From NCBI GenBank assembly GCA_043804755.1, contig JAZDIT010000044.1, forward strand, positions 24-64,023: a DNA stretch of 64,000 bases, written 5' to 3'. Under the pieces are notes generated by a model. It ran no database searches. It saw only the letters and a program-made list of their open reading frames with translations, and had not been told where the DNA came from. The DNA is from Patescibacteria group bacterium (GTDB taxonomy: Bacteria; Patescibacteriota; Minisyncoccia; Minisyncoccales; JAQTPW01). Position numbers and translations under genes: made by a program. Below are positions 57,219 to 64,000 of the stretch, piece by piece. The first letter of the stretch is position 1, and the number at the start of each line of letters is the position of its first letter.

Positions 57219-58814
57219 TTAATGAATCTCCTCTTTCTTTTCCTTTATGAAATATCTCCATTGTTCCAAAAGTTCTACGAAAATCTGGAAAGGCAGGTCT
57301 ATGAGGGCGATTACGAATACCAGAGCAGTGTTATACTTGTTCCATTGTCCGGAAAGCCATTTACCCAGTCTTATGAAGGGGAGCGAAATCCAGTCAATCA
57401 AGAATCCGAGAAATCCACCCTTTTCTTCCTCAATAGATAATTCTTTCGCTCTTTCTTTTATTTTTGTACCGGCAAAGAAAATGAGCGAAAAAAACAGGAC
57501 AAATATTATTCTTGATGGCCAACTGAAGTCTAATTTTCCAAGCCCCCACCAGATCAGACAGAATGTCAGGAAAAAAGTTGCGGAATAAAGTATGAAAATT
57601 GTGCCCTCCATTATGGCATTTTTTATGTAAGCGGAATGTATCGGATAAACGTCTTTTTTCTCGGTTTCGTAAACAACCTTCATCGTTTCCATAATGACTT
57701 TTTCCAGATTGCTTTTCCTGGGAGGTGTGATGCTCAGAACTAAAATAAGCATCAGAAGCGGGGGAATCGCGACATTCAGCCCCATGGCCTGCCAGCTGAA
57801 TTGGTGGAGTATTTTTGTGTCGATGGGCCATTCAATCAGAAGGGCCAGAAGCATTTTTGTAATGAAAATGGAAATCGTGCTGTAGGCCGCCGCACGCGAC
57901 ACCCTGGATTTCTGCTGCCGTAATCTCAACTGGTAAAATTCCCTTATTTTGGTTTCAAGAATTTCAGGATTACTCAAATTCTCATAGGCTCTGGTCGGGT
58001 CGTTTGATAAAATGTCGCTTAAAATCAAGTAAGGAGTGTCGTATTTTTCGCAGACTCTGTAAAATTTTTCAGAAAGCGGATGACGAAGCTGTTTCGAAAT
58101 ATCATCCCAGATAGAATAGACGTTTTTTGTCACTTCATCCAGTACGCTTTTGTTGGATTCTTCCAAAAGGAGGTTCCATTGCGGGAATCTTCTTTTCAGC
58201 AGATGATAAACGACGATTGGGGCATCCAGCTTGAAAAGAGCCTTATGGACGGCGATATAAATTTGGATGTTTTTTTCTTCATCGGACAGGCCGTCTATAA
58301 GCTTAATTTTCTCCTTCATCAGATCCGACATATACTCTATCATTATTCTTTCTTCCCTTGACGGATCAAGTATTTCTTCCACTTCGCATGCCGCAATCGT
58401 GGACATCCAGTCCTGAAGCCGGACTCTGCTTTTCCCTCCTTCCGGATGGCTGTTTTCGATTATGAATATATATTTGTCCAGTACTTTCTGGACGGTGCCT
58501 ATTTTCGATTCGGGTATTTTGTCGTTCGGGAAATGGCCCCCTCTTATCAATTCGAGCACGAACGGCTGGGCCTCGATTTTTTGCCCCACTCTCAGAAATA
58601 ATTTTCTTTTGAGAATTCTTTCTATGGCACCTCTCCTGAGAAGGTGTTCTTCGCGCCAGTCTATTACGCCCCTGATTTTTTCGTAAAAAGCGGCAACCTG
58701 GCTGGCAACTTCATCGACGTGTATCGTAGCGACGCCCTCTTTTTTCTGGAGGGAATCGTACCAGGCTTTGTGCTGCTGCAGCAATTTTTGCGTTTGTTGG
58801 GATAATTCTGTCAT
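57219..58814 (-). CDS. Hypothetical protein with a large soluble N-terminal domain and a C-terminal polytopic membrane region
   Basis: 531-aa ORF; several hydrophobic helices in the last 230 aa; no recognised motif. Confidence 0.5.
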   Translation of the reverse strand: MTELSQQTQKLLQQHKAWYDSLQKKEGVATIHVDEVASQVAAFYEKIRGVIDWREEHLLRRGAIERILKRKLFLRVGQKIEAQPFVLELIRGGHFPNDKIPESKIGTVQKVLDKYIFIIENSHPEGGKSRVRLQDWMSTIAACEVEEILDPSREERIMIEYMSDLMKEKIKLIDGLSDEEKNIQIYIAVHKALFKLDAPIVVYHLLKRRFPQWNLLLEESNKSVLDEVTKNVYSIWDDISKQLRHPLSEKFYRVCEKYDTPYLILSDILSNDPTRAYENLSNPEILETKIREFYQLRLRQQKSRVSRAAAYSTISIFITKMLLALLIEWPIDTKILHQFSWQAMGLNVAIPPLLMLILVLSITPPRKSNLEKVIMETMKVVYETEKKDVYPIHSAYIKNAIMEGTIFILYSATFFLTFCLIWWGLGKLDFSWPSRIIFVLFFSLIFFAGTKIKERAKELSIEEEKGGFLGFLIDWISLPFIRLGKWLSGQWNKYNTALVFVIALIDLPFQIFVELLEQWRYFIKEKKEEIH

Positions 58815-58819
58815 ATAAT

Positions 58820-60544
58820 TTATTTTTTCTCCGTTACCTCCATTTTAATCCTTTCTAAGAATTTAGTTAATTTCAATACTTCAATTTCTTTTTTGCCTCT
58901 CGACCTTACTGCAACCGACTTTGCTTTCACTTCCTTGTCGCCGACAACCAGCAGGTAGGGAATTTTCTGCATTTCCCCGTTTCTTATTCTTTTGGAAACC
59001 GTGTCATTGTCATTGCTCAGCTCACAACGGATGTCAGCTTCTACAAGGGTTTTGACCACCTGTTCCGCATATTTATTATGGGTTTCGGAAATCGGAATTA
59101 CGCAGGCCTGTATCGGGCTTATCCAAAGAGGAAATGCACCGCCGAAATGCTCGGTGAGAATTCCTATAAACCTTTCAAGGGAGCCGTATATTACTCTGTG
59201 GATTACAACGGGAGTTTTCTCTTTTCCGTCTTTGTCTATGAAAGTGAGTTTGAAATTTTTCGGTATCTGAAAATCAAGCTGAATTGTTCCCAACTGCCAT
59301 TCCCGTCCCAGCGAATCTTTCATCAGAATGTCGATCTTCGGTCCGTAAAAAGCTCCGTCTCCTTCTAACACCACGAAAGGTTTTTTACTGCCCTTTAGGA
59401 TTTCTTTCAGTTCTTTTTCCGCCTTATCCCAGGTGCTCACATCACCCATGAATTTTTCAGGTCTTGTACCAAATCTGAAAGAATATTCAAGGTTGAATAT
59501 AGAATAAAACTTTTCGGCTATTTCAAATATTTTTTCATACTCTTCTTTTATCTGGTCTTCGGAGATGAAAATATGGGCATCGTCTTGGGTAAATTCCCGT
59601 ACCCTGAGCAATCCGTTAAGAGTGCCGGAACGTTCATAACGGTGCAGGATATCGCAGTCGGACAGGCGGAGAGGAAGTTCACGATAACTTCTGCTTTTGC
59701 TTCCGAAAACAATCATCGCATTCGGGCAATTCATAGGCTTCAATCCATATATTTCGCTTTCTTCCGTTTCACAAAGAAACATTTCTTCGCGATAATGATC
59801 CCAATGGCCCGACGTTATATACAGCTCTTTTTTATTCAAAAGGGGACTTCTTATTTCTTTGTAGCCGTATTTTATATGTTCCTTTCTCCAAAAATCCAGA
59901 AGTTGATTCAGCAGAATAATGCCTTTGGGCAGCCAGTAAGCCATTCCGGGCGCGGTTTCGTGAAACATAAACAAATCCAGTTGCGGACCCAGCTTCCGGT
60001 GGTCTCTTTTTTCGGTTTCTTCCTGCAATTTCAGATAATCCTCGAGTTCTTTTTTAGTTTCGAAGGCCAAGCCGTAAATTCTGGTCAGCATCTGGTTTTT
60101 TTCCGAGCCTCTCCAATAAGCTCCAGCCAGTTTGAGCAGTTTGAAGGCATCTGTCGGAATTTCTTTCGTTGACTCCACATGTGGTCCGGCGCAGAGGTCT
60201 ATGAATCCGACGGCTCCCGAAGGAAGAATGGTTTCATAAATAGTGATATTTCCTTCCAATTCATTTACAAGTTCTATTTTATAAGGCTGGCTGGCAAATA
60301 TTTTTTCCGCTTCGGACTTTGATACACATTTTTTAACGAATTTTATATCTTGCCCTATCAATTCCCGCATTTCCCTTTCTATTATCGGAAGATCCTCCAA
60401 GGTTATGGGGTTTTTCAATCCAAAATCGTAATAAAAGCCGTTTTCTATCGCAGGCCCTATCCCGAATTTTACATCTGGATACAGTTTCTGGACGGCAAAA
60501 GCCATGATGTGCGATAACGAATGGCGAGTTGTTTCCTGTTTCAT
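58820..60544 (-). CDS. thrS: Threonyl-tRNA synthetase (short form, no N-terminal TGS domain)
   Basis: Class II core, anticodon-binding domain, editing HxxxH region. Confidence 0.9.
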   Translation of the reverse strand: MKQETTRHSLSHIMAFAVQKLYPDVKFGIGPAIENGFYYDFGLKNPITLEDLPIIEREMRELIGQDIKFVKKCVSKSEAEKIFASQPYKIELVNELEGNITIYETILPSGAVGFIDLCAGPHVESTKEIPTDAFKLLKLAGAYWRGSEKNQMLTRIYGLAFETKKELEDYLKLQEETEKRDHRKLGPQLDLFMFHETAPGMAYWLPKGIILLNQLLDFWRKEHIKYGYKEIRSPLLNKKELYITSGHWDHYREEMFLCETEESEIYGLKPMNCPNAMIVFGSKSRSYRELPLRLSDCDILHRYERSGTLNGLLRVREFTQDDAHIFISEDQIKEEYEKIFEIAEKFYSIFNLEYSFRFGTRPEKFMGDVSTWDKAEKELKEILKGSKKPFVVLEGDGAFYGPKIDILMKDSLGREWQLGTIQLDFQIPKNFKLTFIDKDGKEKTPVVIHRVIYGSLERFIGILTEHFGGAFPLWISPIQACVIPISETHNKYAEQVVKTLVEADIRCELSNDNDTVSKRIRNGEMQKIPYLLVVGDKEVKAKSVAVRSRGKKEIEVLKLTKFLERIKMEVTEKK

Positions 60545-60577
60545 AAAATTATTTAAAATCTCTTTTGAATTTATTTT

Positions 60578-60739
60578 TTAGATAGGTGCAGACTCCTTCG
60601 CAATCTTTAATTTTTTCGCAAATGCTGCAACACCTCGGCAGCACGCATTTTCTGTGGCGTTGGATCTGTCTTTGCACATTTTCCATAATTGTTTTTCGCA
60701 TTTTTCAGCGGAAAAGATATATTCTTTTAAAGTTGCCAT
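60578..60739 (-). CDS. Small Cys-containing hypothetical protein (about 53 aa)
   Basis: ORF beginning MATLKEY..., four Cys; weak ribosome-binding site. Confidence 0.3.
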   Translation of the reverse strand: MATLKEYIFSAEKCEKQLWKMCKDRSNATENACCRGVAAFAKKLKIAKESAPI

Positions 60740-61074
60740 ATCTTTCTCAGCTCGGCGGAATTGGATACAGAGAATTTCAAATCCCCCCGTTCGTAAAATT
60801 TCCATTCCTTCTTTTCCAGTGCGAATTTGAATAACGACAGACCTTCTTCCCTGAAATTTTGTTCCGTGCTGTTTCCCTCAAAATATTCTATCGAGTATTC
60901 GTCTCCGCTTCCTTCGTAAGATTGCTTGCCGTAATTTTTCATTAAGTCATAGGCGTCTTTCTCGAAGTCTGTAAATTCGGCGGTATAGCCCACGGGAGTT
61001 ATGGAGTCCTTTCTGGCCAAACCGCAGCATCCTATCCGTGTATTTTTGAATTCTACTCTTCGTAATACAATCAT
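60727..61074 (-). CDS. Hypothetical protein (115 aa) immediately downstream of dnaE
   Basis: ORF starts 4 nt after the dnaE stop; no recognised family. Confidence 0.4.
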   Translation of the reverse strand: MIVLRRVEFKNTRIGCCGLARKDSITPVGYTAEFTDFEKDAYDLMKNYGKQSYEGSGDEYSIEYFEGNSTEQNFREEGLSLFKFALEKKEWKFYERGDLKFSVSNSAELRKIWQL

Positions 61075-61077
61075 ATT

Positions 61078-64000
61078 CTAAGCTTCCAAAACTTCTTCAA
61101 TCGTTTCACAGATGACCTTTATGGTTCCGTCGCGCGAATCTGTGCGTCCGGAAATGAATACTATCTTATTTTCCTGGAAAACCGCCGGATTCCTTTCTAT
61201 TACGCTGGGAAAAACCACTATCTCTATTTTATCATTCAAATCCTCAAGATTCACGAATAACATCGGTTTTCCGTTTTTTGTGATTATTTTCTTGAAAGAG
61301 GAAATAATACCTCCCACTTTGACATTTTTATTTTTCGCGCCTGATTTCACTTTGGAAATCGGAGAAACTTTTTTTTCAAAAATCTGTCTGAAATTTTCCA
61401 GCGGGTTGCTCGTGACAAAAAGCCCCAATAATTCCTTTTCCCAGGCCAACTTTTCGCGTTCGGTTGCGGGAGCGGCAGGCGATAATTGGAAATTGTGGCT
61501 TTGCTTTTGCTGTTCTCCGAGGGATTCAAACAGGCCCTTTTGCCCGTTCAGCTTGTTTTTTTGGGTTTCTCTGGCTATTTCAAGCAGTCTTTCAAGATTG
61601 GATAAAAGCAGATTTCTTTCGGCTAATCTATCAAAAGCCCCGGCTTTTATCAAGCTTTCAAGCGATTTCTTATTCAGGTCTTTGGAGTTTACCCTGTTTA
61701 CGAAATCCTCAATTGACGGAAAGGGGCCGTTGGCTTTTCTCTCGCTGGTAATCGCCTCAACCACATTCGTGCCCACATTTTTAACGGCTGTCAATCCGAA
61801 ACGAATCTGATTCTGGCCGGGCACCACGGTAAAGTTTGCCAAGCTTTCGTTAACATCGGGAGGCAGAACTTCGACTCCCATTTTTTTGCTTTCACCGATG
61901 AGAAACCCGATTCTTTCCACGTCGGTTCTTTCCGAAGTCAGAAGAGAGCCCATAAATTCAACAGGAAAATGAGTTTTTAGGTATGCCGTCTGATAAGCTA
62001 TCAGCGCGTAAGCCGTAGCATGAGACCTGTTGAAGGAGTAGCTGGCGAACGGTTCTATCCAGTGCCAAATTTTTTTTGCTATATCTTCCCTGACGCCGTT
62101 ATTTTTAGCTCCCATTATGAATTTTTCTTTCTGATCGGCCATCAGTTTTTTTATTTTCTTTCCGATGGCTTTTCTTAAAACGTCCGCTTCCCCCAGCGTG
62201 AAACCGCACAGTTCTCTGGCAATTTTCATGACCTGTTCCTGGTAGACTATGATTCCGTAAGTCGATTCAAGAATGGGTTTCAGTTTCGGATGCAGATATT
62301 CCACAATTTTCTTCTTGTTCTTTCCCGCCACGTAATCGGGTATCAAAGCCATAGGACCGGGTCTGTACAGGGCGCACATCACGATTATATCTTCCAAATC
62401 GGTGGGTTTTAACTGCTTCAAATACATCTGCATGCCTTCCGATTCAAGTTGGAACACTCCTATGGTATTTCCTTTTTGGAGGTTGCGGTAAGTTTCCTTG
62501 TCGTCAAGCGGGATCTTTTCCAGATCTATTTTTTTATTCTGTACTACGTAAATTCTGGCAAGGGTGTCTTCGATGATCGTCAGGTTCTTCAGCCCCAGCA
62601 GATCCATTTTCAAAAGTCCCAGATCTTCGATGGAATGCATTTCGTACTGGGTTACGATGTTGAGATCGTCTTGGGTGGGGTGCTGGAGAGGGACGATATT
62701 GTCCAGTGAATCGGCGGAAATCACTACTCCGCAGGCGTGCGTTGAAGCATGTCTTGCGACCCCTTCAAGCTTTTTTGCAAAATCAACCAATTTCTTGGCT
62801 TTAGGATCTTCCAGATATTCCTGCCTGAATTCTTTTATGCTCGCAAGCGATTGTTCGAGAGTGAAGCCGAAGGGTATTAATTTTGCGATTCTGTCGCAAT
62901 AGCTGTAAGGGTAGGCGAGAGCCCTTCCCACATCCCTTATCACGGCTCTTGCCGCCATTGTTCCGAAGGTGATGATTTGGGCGACGTGGTCTTTGCCGTA
63001 TTTTTCCGAAATATAATTTAGAACCTCGTTTCTTCTCCTGTCGGTGAAATCCAGATCAATATCGGGCATGGAAATTCTTTCGGGATTCAGAAATCTCTCA
63101 AAGAGAAGGTCGTACTTGATCGGGTCGATATTTGTGATTCCCAAGACATAAGATACTATTGACCCTCCGGCCGATCCTCTGCCCGGGCCCACGACTACGC
63201 GGTTTTGTTTTGCCCAGTTTACGAAATCCTGGACGATCAGGAAGTAGCCGGCAAATCCCGTTTTTTCGATTACAGACAATTCATATTCCAAACGTTCAAT
63301 AACTTCCTTGGATTTTTCCGGATATTTGTTTTCTAATCTCTGGTAGCAGAGTTCCTTCAGGTACTCTTCAGCTGTTTTTCCTTCCGGCAGCGACGGATAT
63401 TTAGGCAATTTTGTTTTGCCCAGTTCGAATTCAAAATTGCACATGTCCGCGATTTTCTGCGTGTTCTCCAGCGCTTCAGGAGAGTCCTTGAACGCTTCCG
63501 ACATTTCGTCGGGGCTTTTTAGCGAGAAATCTTCCCCCTTCATCGTCAGCCTTTCGGGGTCGTTCGGATCGGCACCGGTATTAATCAGCATCAGGATATC
63601 CTGGGCTTCGGCATCTTCGGGTTTCAGATAATGGGAGTCGCATGTCGCAACCAGCGGGATGCCGGTTTTTTTTGACATCGCAATCAGGGCATCGTTTATG
63701 ATTTTTTGCGAAGGTGTATTCGGATGATTCTGGATTTCCAGATAAAAACTGTCTGTACCGAACATCTTCTGATATTTCAAAGCAAGCTCTTCGGCTTCCT
63801 TTAATTTCTTTGACAGAATCAACTGGGGTATTTCTCCCTGAAGGCAGGCGGAAAGAGCCACTAAACCTCCGCTGTGTTTCTCAAGAAGTTCGTGGTCTAC
63901 CCGCGGCTTATAATAAAAACCCTCGAGGTGTGCTCGAGTAGTAAGTTTGACTAAATTTCTGTAACCTTCGGCATCCTTTGCCAAAAGGATCAGATGATAT
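61078..64000 (-). CDS. dnaE: DNA polymerase III alpha subunit, 5' end beyond the window
   Basis: Polymerase core motifs (palm/fingers), OB fold; the ORF runs off the window end. Confidence 0.92.
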   Translation of the reverse strand, partial: YHLILLAKDAEGYRNLVKLTTRAHLEGFYYKPRVDHELLEKHSGGLVALSACLQGEIPQLILSKKLKEAEELALKYQKMFGTDSFYLEIQNHPNTPSQKIINDALIAMSKKTGIPLVATCDSHYLKPEDAEAQDILMLINTGADPNDPERLTMKGEDFSLKSPDEMSEAFKDSPEALENTQKIADMCNFEFELGKTKLPKYPSLPEGKTAEEYLKELCYQRLENKYPEKSKEVIERLEYELSVIEKTGFAGYFLIVQDFVNWAKQNRVVVGPGRGSAGGSIVSYVLGITNIDPIKYDLLFERFLNPERISMPDIDLDFTDRRRNEVLNYISEKYGKDHVAQIITFGTMAARAVIRDVGRALAYPYSYCDRIAKLIPFGFTLEQSLASIKEFRQEYLEDPKAKKLVDFAKKLEGVARHASTHACGVVISADSLDNIVPLQHPTQDDLNIVTQYEMHSIEDLGLLKMDLLGLKNLTIIEDTLARIYVVQNKKIDLEKIPLDDKETYRNLQKGNTIGVFQLESEGMQMYLKQLKPTDLEDIIVMCALYRPGPMALIPDYVAGKNKKKIVEYLHPKLKPILESTYGIIVYQEQVMKIARELCGFTLGEADVLRKAIGKKIKKLMADQKEKFIMGAKNNGVREDIAKKIWHWIEPFASYSFNRSHATAYALIAYQTAYLKTHFPVEFMGSLLTSERTDVERIGFLIGESKKMGVEVLPPDVNESLANFTVVPGQNQIRFGLTAVKNVGTNVVEAITSERKANGPFPSIEDFVNRVNSKDLNKKSLESLIKAGAFDRLAERNLLLSNLERLLEIARETQKNKLNGQKGLFESLGEQQKQSHNFQLSPAAPATEREKLAWEKELLGLFVTSNPLENFRQIFEKKVSPISKVKSGAKNKNVKVGGIISSFKKIITKNGKPMLFVNLEDLNDKIEIVVFPSVIERNPAVFQENKIVFISGRTDSRDGTIKVICETIEEVLEA

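Overview
This 64-kb window looks like an AT-rich (~38% GC), tightly packed chromosomal segment of a reduced-genome bacterium. The gene content suggests Candidate Phyla Radiation / Patescibacteria: no L30, shortened aminoacyl-tRNA synthetases, MiaB without a TRAM domain, and RpoA without its C-terminal domain. The core is the universal ribosomal superoperon, in order str (rpsL-rpsG-fusA-tuf), S10 (rpsJ ... rplC-rplD-rplW-rplB-rpsS-rplV-rpsC-rplP-rpmC-rpsQ), spc (rplN-rplX-rplE-rpsN-rpsH-rplF-rplR-rpsE-rplO-secY-adk-map) and alpha (infA-rpmJ-rpsM-rpsK-rpsD-rpoA-rplQ), followed by rplM-rpsI. Between map and infA sits a ~7-kb insertion: a GT2 glycosyltransferase, galT, tpiA, a small coiled-coil ORF, alaS, a PilM/FtsA-like ATPase and a PilN-like membrane protein. 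Downstream of rpsI is an accessory stretch: a standalone Cas4-like Fe-S nuclease, a PEGA/beta-propeller envelope protein, an MFS transporter and a ~1-kb GC-rich (~50% GC) island carrying two unknown genes with strong expression signals. Housekeeping genes follow: mreB, holB, frr, rseP, proS, a second mreB, gatCA, three tRNAs (two with CAU anticodons, one Asp-GUC) and pheST, gyrB, secE-nusG-rplK. Between the tRNAs and pheS lies a conspicuously GC-rich (~55% GC) pyrE-pyrF fusion on the minus strand. A pyrimidine deoxynucleotide cluster (dCMP deaminase, a P-loop kinase, tmk, a tandem ThyX-like gene and deoC) follows rplK where rplA is normally found. The window then holds gatB, mraZ behind a perfect consensus sigma70 promoter, and on the minus strand miaA, a short miaB-like gene, a large membrane protein, thrS, two small ORFs and a partial dnaE. 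The most striking non-coding signal is a family of short palindromic repeats (TAAGAACCTT-hairpin-AAGAACCTTGATTCTTCGC...GCTCAGAAATAAA-ATG). They fill at least six intercistronic junctions, always beginning at the upstream stop codon and ending at the downstream start, once as a three-unit tandem array. They caused several false N-terminal extensions in the ORF track. The rpsJ-rplC junction also carries a ~530-bp structured non-coding insert with duplicated terminator hairpins, a 9-codon uORF behind a strong ribosome-binding site, a promoter and an attenuator-like hairpin.
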